From an uncultured archaeon (lineage in GTDB: Archaea > Iainarchaeota > Iainarchaeia > Iainarchaeales > CSSED10-239): DNA of 32,000 nucleotides. Position numbers and translations under genes: made by a program. The notes beneath the pieces are model-generated. The model was given only the letters and a program-made list of their open reading frames with translations. It searched no databases and was not told the origin of the DNA. The DNA lies in assembly GCA_964496765.1 (NCBI GenBank), contig CAZCAP010000005.1, forward strand, positions 1 through 32,000, written 5' to 3'. This document shows positions 8,163 to 16,686 of this stretch, piece by piece (the first letter of the stretch is position 1; every line of letters begins with the position of its first letter).

Positions 8163-9263
8163 TTAGTTCCATTTCCTTAGGAATTCTTTTTCAAATTCTT
8201 TATATTTACCTTTCTTGATTGCATCTCTTGCATCCTCAACTAGTCTTTGCATGAATCTTATATTATGTATTGATGCAAGTATCTTATAGTTTGGTTCATC
8301 AAGCCTATAAAGATGATGAAGATATGCTAAAGTATGAGTCTTGCAAACATAGCAATCACATTCTTTATCTGGAACTTCAAAGTTATGCTTAAATGAGCCT
8401 TTCGTGATGTTTAGTTGACCAGACCTTGTAAAAAGAACCCCATGACGAGCCATCTTGGTTGGATAAATAGAATCAAAACAATCTACGCCTTTACCAATGC
8501 ACCTAACAACATCCTCTGGTGAACCAACTCCCATCAAATATTTTATTTTATTTTCTGAAAGATGTGCAAGAGAATAATCAATTGCTTTGTACATTTTATC
8601 TTTGGATTCCCCAAGAGCAAGCCCACCAATAGCAACCCCATCAAAAGGAAGAGAATTAATTGCTTTTGCACACTTTTCTCTTAGGTCTTTATATGTTCCA
8701 CCCTGAACAATTCCAAACAATAATTGCTTTTTGTTTTTATGAGCAAGAACAGCTCTCTTTGCCCAATCAATAGTAATATCAACTGCTTCCTTGTATTCTT
8801 TCTTTGGTTTGTTTGCATCAATCATATCATCTAAGATCATTGCAATATCCGATCCAATCTTGTTTTGAATTTCAATTAACTTCTCTGGAGACATGAAAAC
8901 CTTTTCCTTTGAAAAAGGATTCTTAAACCACACTCCTTTTTTATCAAGAGAAATAAAGAACTGAGGATCCTTAAGTTGGAAACCACCACTATCTGTAAAG
9001 ATTGGTTTATTCCAATTAATGAACCTATGGTATCCACCTATTTTTTCAAGAGTTTCAATTCCTGGCTTAAGAGATAGAATATATCCATTTGAAATAAACA
9101 CTTGAGTATTAAGATCATTAAGATCTTTAAAGGTTAGATATTTTCCTGCTCCCTTTGTTACAACAGGCATGAAGAAAGGAGTAGCAAGTGTTCCATGAGC
9201 AGTTCTAAGCTCACCAGATCTTGCTTTTGTTTTTTTATCCCTGTGTTTGATTGTAAATCCCAT
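8163..9263 (-). CDS. tgt: tRNA-guanine transglycosylase, catalytic domain only (366 aa)
   Basis: Motifs present: ARSGELRTAHGTLATPFFMPV, FTDSGGFQ, GVDCFDSIYPTKMARHG, and the zinc site CDCYVCKTHTLAYLHHL. The protein ends shortly after the zinc subdomain. No C1/C2/PUA region is present. Confidence 0.9.
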   Translation of the reverse strand: MGFTIKHRDKKTKARSGELRTAHGTLATPFFMPVVTKGAGKYLTFKDLNDLNTQVFISNGYILSLKPGIETLEKIGGYHRFINWNKPIFTDSGGFQLKDPQFFISLDKKGVWFKNPFSKEKVFMSPEKLIEIQNKIGSDIAMILDDMIDANKPKKEYKEAVDITIDWAKRAVLAHKNKKQLLFGIVQGGTYKDLREKCAKAINSLPFDGVAIGGLALGESKDKMYKAIDYSLAHLSENKIKYLMGVGSPEDVVRCIGKGVDCFDSIYPTKMARHGVLFTRSGQLNITKGSFKHNFEVPDKECDCYVCKTHTLAYLHHLYRLDEPNYKILASIHNIRFMQRLVEDARDAIKKGKYKEFEKEFLRKWN

Positions 9264-9272
9264 TATATCTCC

Positions 9273-10130
9273 TCAAAAGAAAATGAATTTACCAAACAAA
9301 AGAACAATAACTAGTCCAAGGAAAATGTATGGTCCAAACCTTGGAAGAAAATCATATATTGGAATTGATTTAATTCCTTTCATCTTTTTTATATGTTTAA
9401 TGTCTGATTCTTCAAGTATGCTTTTTCCTTTTAGCTTGAGCTTAGTTAGAAGAGCTTTCTTAATAAAATCAAGAGCAAGAACATCCCCATCCTCAAGCTC
9501 AGATATTTTTTTATTTTTTAAATAAATATACTTTCTTACTTCAGGTTCAAAAACCATTAATTTTAATCCTAGCAAGATTGGAATTAATATTAAAAAATAC
9601 AACCAGGATTCATGGAACTTTGAAACAAACAAATAAACAAAGACAAAGAAGATAATAAAGATAACTAGAGACTTTAAAACAACCATTTTTCTTTTTAACC
9701 AAATCTTTAGCATCCCTTTAAACTTTAATTTTTGTTTTAATCTATATAAATAAGAAACTGAAACAAAAAGAACAGATAATAATGATGCAATTATTAGTAA
9801 CCAGAGAATAACTACTTGTCCAAGGTAATAGGGAATAACTAAGTGTATTCCTATGAAAAGCTTAATGTCTCCTCCTCCAAGCTTACCATGTTTGTACATG
9901 AAATAACCAATTACGTATATTAAGATTCCAATAAAGATAACAGTTAACAGATAGCTTAAACCTAGGTGAATAGGAGAAAGAAAAGCTTCATAAACAAGAA
10001 TAAGCAAACCAATAACAACAAGAGGATAGGTTAACCAATTCTGAATTAATCCTGTTTTATAATCTGTGTAGGCAGCAATACCGCAGGCAATAACAACAAG
10101 AACAATCTTTAAAATCAATATATCAAACAT
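9273..10130 (-). CDS. A24-family archaeal prepilin/preflagellin peptidase (PibD/FlaK-like)
   Basis: The protein is polytopic. The first catalytic Asp context is AAYTDYKTGLI and the second is in the GGGDIKL (GxGDxK) motif. A soluble segment of about 65 aa (KISELEDGDVLALDF...) precedes the last helix, consistent with FlaK-type architecture. Confidence 0.75.
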   Translation of the reverse strand: MFDILILKIVLVVIACGIAAYTDYKTGLIQNWLTYPLVVIGLLILVYEAFLSPIHLGLSYLLTVIFIGILIYVIGYFMYKHGKLGGGDIKLFIGIHLVIPYYLGQVVILWLLIIASLLSVLFVSVSYLYRLKQKLKFKGMLKIWLKRKMVVLKSLVIFIIFFVFVYLFVSKFHESWLYFLILIPILLGLKLMVFEPEVRKYIYLKNKKISELEDGDVLALDFIKKALLTKLKLKGKSILEESDIKHIKKMKGIKSIPIYDFLPRFGPYIFLGLVIVLLFGKFIFF

Positions 10131-10133
10131 TAT

Positions 10134-11540
10134 TTATCTTCCTTTCATGGTCTTTGCCATTTCTTCTAATTGCTTTGGATCCATGTTCTCAAGCTTGGAC
10201 ATATCAAACTTTCCACCCATCATCTTCTTCATCATTCCCTGCATGTCCTTTCCACCAGGCCCACCCATCTGCTTGAACATTTTTTTCATTTTCTTAACAT
10301 GAGTTATTAAGTCCTTAACATCCTCAAAGGGTTTACCTGAGCCCTTTGCAATTCTTTCTATTCTTGATCTTGTTAAAAAAGAAGTGTCTGAATTAAGTTC
10401 CTCTCTTGTAAATGAACTAAGTATGATTCTATAGGCATCCATTTTCTTTTGACCAAGATTCATTTGATCATTTGAAACCTTTCCTCCAACTCCTAGAAGA
10501 TTCATAACCTTAGAAAAAGGACCCAGCTTTCTAGCAGCTGCAAGTTGTTTCTTAAAAAGAGCAAAAGTAAACTCACCCTTCATCATTGCCTCAGGATCCA
10601 TATCCTCTAATTCTTCTTCCTTTGATAGCTCTGTTATTTTTTCAACTAATGTTTCAAGATCACCAAAACCAAGTATTCTTGATAAATATCTATTTGCATC
10701 AAACACTTCAAAGTCATCAGGTTTTTCTCCTGTTCCAATAAAATAGATAGGTGAGTGGGTTATGTAACAAGCAGTTAATGCTCCACCACCCTTTGCTGAA
10801 CCATCAAGCTTAGTAATTATAACACCCTGAACCCCAACAGCCTTATTAAAGTGCTCTGCCTGGTCCTTTGCAGCCTGACCAATGTCTGCAGAAATAACCA
10901 AAAAAGAATGCTTTGGTTTGAAAACAGAATAAATTTCTTTAAGTTCTGTAACTAGTTCATCATCAAGCGCACTTCTTCCTGCTGAATCAACAATTACAAG
11001 AGCAACTCCATTTTTTTTCATGAAAGCTAGTCCTTCCTCAGTTACTTTCTTTGCTGAGGTTTCATTCTTGTTACCATAGAAAGGAACATCCACCTGCTTT
11101 GAAAGTTGAAGAAGTTGTTCATAGGCAGCTGGTCTATAGGTGTCTGCACAAATAACTCCAACCTTGATTCCTCTTTTCTTATAAAACTTAGCAAGCTTTG
11201 AGGCACTGGTTGTTTTACCTGAACCAAACAACCCACATAAAAGAATGGATTCTGGGTTTTCAGGAAGTTCTTTCTTTTCTTCCTCTCCACCCATGTACTT
11301 TAATATAACATTATAGCAGGTCTTAATTAGGTGTTCTTTTCTTGAAACACCTTCAGGTACGTTTTCAAAAGCTTCAGTTTCTATTTCTTTTGATATTTTT
11401 AGAACAAGTTGCACATTAACATCTGAAGAGATTAATGCTCTTTGTATTTCTTTAATAACTTCTTTAATTAATTCCTTATCCACATGAACAGAATTCTTAA
11501 TTCTATCAAGTGCATCACGAATTTTGTCTGAGAAACCCAT
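10134..11540 (-). CDS. srp54: Signal recognition particle protein SRP54
   Basis: NG-domain GTPase motifs are GLFGSGKTTSASKLA, DTYRPAA, DSAGR and TKLDGSAKGG. The C-terminal M domain is methionine-rich (MGGPGGKDMQGMMKKMMGG). Confidence 0.97.
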   Translation of the reverse strand: MGFSDKIRDALDRIKNSVHVDKELIKEVIKEIQRALISSDVNVQLVLKISKEIETEAFENVPEGVSRKEHLIKTCYNVILKYMGGEEEKKELPENPESILLCGLFGSGKTTSASKLAKFYKKRGIKVGVICADTYRPAAYEQLLQLSKQVDVPFYGNKNETSAKKVTEEGLAFMKKNGVALVIVDSAGRSALDDELVTELKEIYSVFKPKHSFLVISADIGQAAKDQAEHFNKAVGVQGVIITKLDGSAKGGGALTACYITHSPIYFIGTGEKPDDFEVFDANRYLSRILGFGDLETLVEKITELSKEEELEDMDPEAMMKGEFTFALFKKQLAAARKLGPFSKVMNLLGVGGKVSNDQMNLGQKKMDAYRIILSSFTREELNSDTSFLTRSRIERIAKGSGKPFEDVKDLITHVKKMKKMFKQMGGPGGKDMQGMMKKMMGGKFDMSKLENMDPKQLEEMAKTMKGR

Positions 11541-11710
11541 ACTTGTTTACACCCTTATACTAATATATTATATATAAGGGAAATAAATATAAATGGAACA
11601 TTAGTATATAAAGAAGTAAATATTATAGGAACTTTAAGATGCTTTATAAATCTAATTATAGGTAATATATTTATTAAGTTAAAAGCTAAACTTAAAAGGA
11701 GATAAAGATT

Positions 11711-11869
11711 ATGGGATATACATCTTTACTTGGAGAGCTTAAGAGAACTAATACAGGTAAAAGTTTGAGTTCAAGAAGAAGAGAACCAAAAGAAGATAGT
11801 GATAAGGAAACAAAAGACAGACTTCAAAATGAAAGATTAGCGTTACTTAAAAAATATTATAAAAAATAA
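11711..11869 (+). CDS. Small basic protein (52 aa), paralog of 12197..12352
   Basis: Hand-translated: MGYTSLLGELKRTNTGKSLSSRRREPKEDSDKETKDRLQNERLALLKKYYKK*. GGAG lies 8 nt upstream of the ATG. It is below the ORF-track size cutoff. Its C-terminal ER..LL.KYYKK is shared with the third ORF of the cassette. Confidence 0.4.
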   Translation: MGYTSLLGELKRTNTGKSLSSRRREPKEDSDKETKDRLQNERLALLKKYYKK

Positions 11870-11886
11870 TCAAAAGAGGGATCAGA

Positions 11887-12168
11887 ATGGCTGGAGATTT
11901 AGATATTTTAGTTGAGGGTAAATTATTATCATTAAGACTTAGAGAACTTGAGCATAGAATAAAAGCTAAAGAAGCTACTAATAAAGATGTTATTGAATAC
12001 AAATTGAAACTGAAAAGAAAAAATGAGCTAGAAGGAAGAATACAAGAAGAAATGAAGAGAAGAATGAAGAAGAAAGTTGTGAATGCAACCAAGAAAGAAA
12101 TTAAAAAGCTTGGGGAACAAAGAATGAAAACATTAAAAGAACACTTCAAGCCAAGAAGACCATTATAA
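11887..12168 (+). CDS. Small lysine/glutamate-rich coiled-coil-like protein (93 aa)
   Basis: Track ORF with GAGGG upstream of the ATG and heptad-like charged sequence. The antisense ORF 11847..12149 is an F/S/L-rich shadow. Confidence 0.5.
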   Translation: MAGDLDILVEGKLLSLRLRELEHRIKAKEATNKDVIEYKLKLKRKNELEGRIQEEMKRRMKKKVVNATKKEIKKLGEQRMKTLKEHFKPRRPL

Positions 12169-12196
12169 ATAATTAAAAGGAATGTGAAAATAAATT

Positions 12197-12352
12197 ATGG
12201 ATAATTCATCATCTATATTACAAAAATACAAATCAACCTATAAGAAAAAGGAAGAGCCTAAGGAAGAAATAATCACTGATCCTGAAAAAAGAAGATTAGA
12301 AAAACTAGCAAAGGAAAGAGATTCCCTTCTAAGAAAATATTATAAAAAGTGA
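12197..12352 (+). CDS. Small basic protein (51 aa), paralog of 11711..11869
   Basis: Hand-translated: MDNSSSILQKYKSTYKKKEEPKEEIITDPEKRRLEKLAKERDSLLRKYYKK*. It ends with the same ...ER..LL[KR]KYYKK* as the first ORF. Confidence 0.4.
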   Translation: MDNSSSILQKYKSTYKKKEEPKEEIITDPEKRRLEKLAKERDSLLRKYYKK

Positions 12353-12356
12353 ATAC

Positions 12357-12515
12357 ATGCCTACTAAACCAAAACCAACAATAAAAATCAAGAATCCAGA
12401 GCTAATTAATCTGCTTGCTAGGAAAGAAGTTAATCATCATCATGAGATAACATATGTGCAAAAAAAGATAATTAAAAATCTTCCACAGAACTTCTTTAAG
12501 AAAAATAAATTATAG
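12357..12515 (+). CDS. Small basic protein (52 aa)
   Basis: Hand-translated: MPTKPKPTIKIKNPELINLLARKEVNHHHEITYVQKKIIKNLPQNFFKKNKL*. It starts 4 nt after the previous stop. Its stop overlaps the stop of the convergent gene at 12510. Confidence 0.35.
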   Translation: MPTKPKPTIKIKNPELINLLARKEVNHHHEITYVQKKIIKNLPQNFFKKNKL

Positions 12516-13133
12516 AACCTTTAGTTTTCTTGGTTTAACTTTTTTAACTAAACTAGTTTTTGGAAATTTAATGGATTTTGTTTTTCTAGCAAGATTACAA
12601 TTATTTAAAATAGATGTTACTCTTTCTTTTTTGAAGTTAAGAACTCCTTCTTTTGTAAAGTATCTATCCCTTATTGGATTATATAGATCTAATTCTTTTC
12701 TTAGATGATCTTTTGAATATGCATATTTCTTTTCTGGATGATTAATAATAGTAGCATACATTTCTTTTAAGAATGGAATTTTTTCACAAGTAAAAGAACA
12801 GCCCTTCTTTAGAAGAGGAATAGAAGAAAAGATTAGTGCTTCTAAGAGTATGTTTCTATTTTCCTTTGTTTTAATCAGGCTAGTTCCAACTCTTTGAATA
12901 TATTGGACATCTATTCTCTTATCTGCAACCCCAAACTTGATTACTTCCTGTGGTTCGTTTTTGTGGTTTAATGTGATTATTGCTTCATTGAGTTTTGCAG
13001 AGTCCTTAAATCCATCAAAATTAAAAGTAAATTCTCTATGTGCTTGTATTTTAAAATCAGAAGGTAAATTTATTTTTGAAAGACTACCAAGTATGGTTTT
13101 CATGTTTTGTTTAATAATAGTTGTTCTTTGCAT
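12510..13133 (-). CDS. Hypothetical protein (207 aa) with basic C-terminal tail
   Basis: Long ATG-initiated ORF with non-repetitive composition. I recognise no motif. Confidence 0.6.
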   Translation of the reverse strand: MQRTTIIKQNMKTILGSLSKINLPSDFKIQAHREFTFNFDGFKDSAKLNEAIITLNHKNEPQEVIKFGVADKRIDVQYIQRVGTSLIKTKENRNILLEALIFSSIPLLKKGCSFTCEKIPFLKEMYATIINHPEKKYAYSKDHLRKELDLYNPIRDRYFTKEGVLNFKKERVTSILNNCNLARKTKSIKFPKTSLVKKVKPRKLKVL

Positions 13134-13152
13134 AATTATTACAATTAAATTT

Positions 13153-14610
13153 TTATACTATTCTTTCAATTATATACTCAGGAGAGAACTTTTCAATATC
13201 ATTATACTCCTGACCAGTTCCTATATAGAAAATTGGTTTCTTGAGCTCGTTTAATATGGATATTGCAACACCACCCTTTGGATCTGTGTCTATTTTAGTT
13301 AGAATAACTCCAGTTACTCCAATGTCCTTATCAAACTTCCTAACCTGATCAACAATTGCTTGGCCAGACTGGGATTCTCCAATATAAATGGTTAGCTGTG
13401 GCTTAACAACTCTTTTTATTTTTTGTAGTTCCTGCATAAGATTAATATTTGTTTCCTGTCTTCCAGCAGTATCAATTAGAACCACATCCGCCTTGTTTGC
13501 TTTTGCAGAAGTGACAGCATCAAATGCAACAGCAGCAGGATCAGAACCATAGTTTTGCTTAATAACCTTAATTCCAAGTCTGGATGCATGAACTTCAAGT
13601 TGATCGATGGCACCTGCTCTGAAGGTATCAGAGGATGCAAGGAACACAAGCTTACCTTGTTTTTTATAGAGGTTTGCAAACTTAGAAATGGTTGTTGTTT
13701 TTCCTGCTCCATTAGGACCAATAAACATAATCACTAGTGGTTCATTATCTTCTTTTTTAATATAATTATTAATCTCACAATCAATATTCAATTGTTCACT
13801 AAGACTAACCTTTATTTCTTTTTTAATATCCTCAAGAAGATTAGATTTTGTGAACTTTGCATTTGAAAGCTTAAGCTTAAGATCTTCGACAATTGCATGA
13901 CTTGCATCAAGTGAAACATCTGCCTCCAGAAGGGATATTTCAAAATCATCTAAAAAATCTTTAATTTCCTTTTCTGATAAAGAAACCTTAGAAACGAATA
14001 ATCCTTTAATGGTTGTAAAAACTCCAGTTTTTACTTTCTCTGGTTTTCTATCCTTAAGTTCTTCATATCTTTCAGAATAAATAGGTTCTTCAATTTTTAT
14101 TGTTTTTAGTTCTTCATCTTCAACTTCTTCTTTGATTTTTTCAATCTCTTTTTCTATTTCTTTTTTTATTGGAAGAGATTCTATCTTTGGAGAAATTGGT
14201 TTAATGGGTTCAGTTATAATTGGTTTTGGTTCTATTTTTTCCTGTTTGAAAACCTCAACAGGTTCTATTGAAGGTTCTGGTTTGTTTTCCTTGAATTGTT
14301 CAAGCTCTTTTGCAAGATCCCTATCAAAGGCATCTAATTCTTCTTCCTTTGAAGTACTAGATGGAATTTTTGGAATTGATTGTCCAAGTTTATCTGCAAC
14401 CACTTCTTTCGGAATGTCTGCAACTACTGGAACATCTGGAACTTCTTCTTTTGCAACAGGTTTTTCTTGTTCCTGAACAGGTGTTTGAATTGGAGGTACT
14501 TGTTCTTGGATCTTTGATTCTTCATCTTTGGTTTCTTCAACCTTTTCTTGACCCTTACCAAAAATCTTACTTGTAAATTCTTTAAATTTATTTTTTAATA
14601 ATCCAAACAT
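13153..14610 (-). CDS. ftsY: SRP receptor FtsY with about 190-aa acidic/proline-rich N-terminal region
   Basis: NG-domain motifs are GPNGAGKTTTISKFA, DTFRAGA, DTAGR and TKIDTDPKGG. The N-terminal part is E/K/P/I-rich and low complexity (EKPVAKEEVPDVPVVADIPKE...). Confidence 0.95.
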   Translation of the reverse strand: MFGLLKNKFKEFTSKIFGKGQEKVEETKDEESKIQEQVPPIQTPVQEQEKPVAKEEVPDVPVVADIPKEVVADKLGQSIPKIPSSTSKEEELDAFDRDLAKELEQFKENKPEPSIEPVEVFKQEKIEPKPIITEPIKPISPKIESLPIKKEIEKEIEKIKEEVEDEELKTIKIEEPIYSERYEELKDRKPEKVKTGVFTTIKGLFVSKVSLSEKEIKDFLDDFEISLLEADVSLDASHAIVEDLKLKLSNAKFTKSNLLEDIKKEIKVSLSEQLNIDCEINNYIKKEDNEPLVIMFIGPNGAGKTTTISKFANLYKKQGKLVFLASSDTFRAGAIDQLEVHASRLGIKVIKQNYGSDPAAVAFDAVTSAKANKADVVLIDTAGRQETNINLMQELQKIKRVVKPQLTIYIGESQSGQAIVDQVRKFDKDIGVTGVILTKIDTDPKGGVAISILNELKKPIFYIGTGQEYNDIEKFSPEYIIERIV

Positions 14611-14658
14611 AAAAGAAAACCTCTATAAAAATAAAAATAGGAAAAAAAGATATTAAAT

Positions 14659-15150
14659 CTAATTAATATCTGTTTCTGCAACTGCTGATTTTGACTTTGC
14701 TTCTTGCTTAGCAAGCTCATTTAATGCATAGGAGAAGGTATTAAGTGTTTTTAGTGTTTGATTATAATTAAGCATGAACTCACTTCTTAATTTGTTTAAT
14801 TCATTTTCCCTATTTCCAATGTCCTTGATAATAACATCAAGATTCTTATCAATCATTATATTTCCTGGAAGAGTAATCTTTGCATGAGTCTTGTTTGCCA
14901 CATTGCACTCTACAAGTATTCCTGCTCCAATGTTTATTAGGATACTGTCGTTTGATTTACTATTTTTAATTTCATCAAGAGTAGATTTTGCTCTAATTAT
15001 TTCTGTAAGTAAAGTTTCAACTTCTTTAATCTTAGAAGTTACTTTATTTAGTTCCTGTTCTTTATTTTTATACAAAGAAATAGTTTGATTCTTATTTAAT
15101 TTAACAGTTCTTGAACCAGTTACCTTTGCATTATGTTCTTTTTTTTCCAT
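14659..15150 (-). CDS. pfdA: Prefoldin alpha subunit
   Basis: The layout is coiled coil, then a beta-hairpin core (ILINIGAGILVECNVANKTHAKITLPGNIMIDK), then coiled coil. It sits in the conserved position between aIF6 and ftsY. The ATG at 15150 follows GGTGA by 5 nt; the track start at 15159 is a GTG. Confidence 0.75.
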   Translation of the reverse strand: MEKKEHNAKVTGSRTVKLNKNQTISLYKNKEQELNKVTSKIKEVETLLTEIIRAKSTLDEIKNSKSNDSILINIGAGILVECNVANKTHAKITLPGNIMIDKNLDVIIKDIGNRENELNKLRSEFMLNYNQTLKTLNTFSYALNELAKQEAKSKSAVAETDIN

Positions 15151-15166
15151 AAACATCACCTATAAA

Positions 15167-15850
15167 TTATAAAACAAATTCGCCTTCAAACCCAAGTGCA
15201 ATCTCATCAACCTTCATAAGCTCTATGTTACTGGTTAGTGAACCAACAACAATTGCATTCTTGTTTGAAATTAAATCATTACCAACAAATGAATCACCAT
15301 AGTTAAGAGTGGTTGCAATACCTATGACTCCAAACTTAGTTTTTAATTCACCAAACTCTGTTTTTTTAATACTTGGATTAACTAGAAAAAAATTATCATT
15401 AACATAGAGAGATGATCCAGGAAGATCAAGACCAACACAGGTCTTTGCTTCAACAGGAACATTAAAGAATTTAGATATTTCTTTAACACTCTCCTTTGAA
15501 AGAAGTGGACTTGCAATCCCATATTTTGAGTTTATTGCAAGGAGATTTCCAAGCGCATTATAATCTTTAATTAGCTTAACTTTAATCCCTTCTTTTTCAA
15601 GAATCTCAAGTTCCTTTGGATAAATTGAATCTTCTCCAACAACAATTTTGTTTTTTACACACTTTAGATAAACACCTATAAGTGGAGATTGATTAATTTC
15701 TAGCTTAATTATCTTTGTATTAAGAACATTAGATATAATCTTTTCTTCCTTAGGAAGAATATTATGGGGAACTAGGCAGAAATCATCTGTACAAATAGAA
15801 TTCACTCCCAAATAGGGAGAACTACATATAAACGATTTTATTAATCTCAT
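15167..15850 (-). CDS. eif6: Translation initiation factor 6 (aIF6)
   Basis: 227 aa with the pentein-like repeat pattern and typical strings: GVNSICTDDFCLVP, SPLIGVYLKCVKNKIVVG, ALGNLLAINSKYGIASP. ATGA overlap with the L31e stop. Confidence 0.9.
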   Translation of the reverse strand: MRLIKSFICSSPYLGVNSICTDDFCLVPHNILPKEEKIISNVLNTKIIKLEINQSPLIGVYLKCVKNKIVVGEDSIYPKELEILEKEGIKVKLIKDYNALGNLLAINSKYGIASPLLSKESVKEISKFFNVPVEAKTCVGLDLPGSSLYVNDNFFLVNPSIKKTEFGELKTKFGVIGIATTLNYGDSFVGNDLISNKNAIVVGSLTSNIELMKVDEIALGFEGEFVL

Positions 15851-16317
15851 TTTGTTTCTGCTTTTTGTTTTTTATGATCTTCCATTGGTCTTAGTTTTCC
15901 TGTTTTCTTTTCTGGTTTAGGCTTTACAGCTTCTTCAGTTGGATTTGCTTTTGATGTTTGGTCTACTGCTTTTACTTCATCCTTTGGAATTTCTTTTGCT
16001 TTTTCTTCTTTCTTTGGTTTTACTTCCTTTTCTTTCCCCTTGTTCTTGAATTCTTTAAATTCTTTTGAATCCTTTAGAAAAACATAAACCTTGTTGTTGT
16101 CTTGTTTAATACTAATTGCAACACTTCTTGGAGGCTTGGTTATGCTTCTTGCCCAAATATATGCATTAACCTCTCCAGAGATAACAACATCTTTTCTATC
16201 TTTTCTAGTATGTTTTAATAAAAAATTATAAAGAGAAGTAATAGAATACTTCGCTCTCTTTGTTCTTGGTTTATCATAGGCGCTTCTTAATGAAACGTTA
16301 TAGCTTTCTGATGGCAT
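15847..16317 (-). CDS. rpl31e: 50S ribosomal protein L31e with about 65-aa K/E-rich C-terminal extension
   Basis: The core is YNVSLRSAYDKPRTKRAKYSITSLYNFLLKHTRKD...VVISGEVNAYIWARSITKPPRSVAISI. The tail is KNKGKEKEVKPKKEEKAKEIPKDE... Confidence 0.9.
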   Translation of the reverse strand: MPSESYNVSLRSAYDKPRTKRAKYSITSLYNFLLKHTRKDRKDVVISGEVNAYIWARSITKPPRSVAISIKQDNNKVYVFLKDSKEFKEFKNKGKEKEVKPKKEEKAKEIPKDEVKAVDQTSKANPTEEAVKPKPEKKTGKLRPMEDHKKQKAETK

Positions 16318-16337
16318 ATTATATCACATTTAATTAT

Positions 16338-16658
16338 TTATTTCTTTTTAGGTTTTACTTTTTTAGAAACATTTGTGTTTCTATTCATTAATCTATTCTT
16401 TTTATTAAATTTAGTTGATTTTCCTCTTTTACCGCTTTTTGCACCTGATTTTAATTTTTCTTTTTCAAGGTCAAGCTGAAGAGATCTATACCTACTTCCA
16501 AATTCAGTTTCTCTCCAATTTCTTTTCTGTCTTCTATTCCAAATTCTCTTGCCTGCTTTTTGTATGATCCACACAGGTGTATTCATATACCCAGGACCTA
16601 CTTTTTTTCTCTGAGCAACTAAAAATTCTTTTTTGTCTCTGTCTTTGTTTCTTGCCAT
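16338..16658 (-). CDS. rpl39e: 50S ribosomal protein L39e with about 55-aa C-terminal extension
   Basis: MARNKDRDKKEFLVAQRKK...TPVWIIQKAGKRIWNRRQKRNWRETEF aligns by eye to the roughly 51-aa archaeal L39e. About 55 more basic residues follow. The ATG is at 16658; the track start at 16664 is a TTG. Confidence 0.85.
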   Translation of the reverse strand: MARNKDRDKKEFLVAQRKKVGPGYMNTPVWIIQKAGKRIWNRRQKRNWRETEFGSRYRSLQLDLEKEKLKSGAKSGKRGKSTKFNKKNRLMNRNTNVSKKVKPKKK

Positions 16659-16686
16659 AAACAATCTAACTCCTTAAAATATTAAT

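Noticed and set aside
11847-12149. Minus-strand 100-aa ORF antisense to the small-ORF cassette
   Set aside because: It is a low-complexity F/S/L shadow of a K/E-rich plus-strand ORF. The plus-strand ORF has an SD and sits in a co-directional cassette.
13476-14576. Track ORFs on both strands inside ftsY (13476..13721, 13555..13737, 14132..14476, 14361..14576)
   Set aside because: All are nested in or antisense to FtsY. They come from its repetitive E/K/P-coding region and have no independent support.
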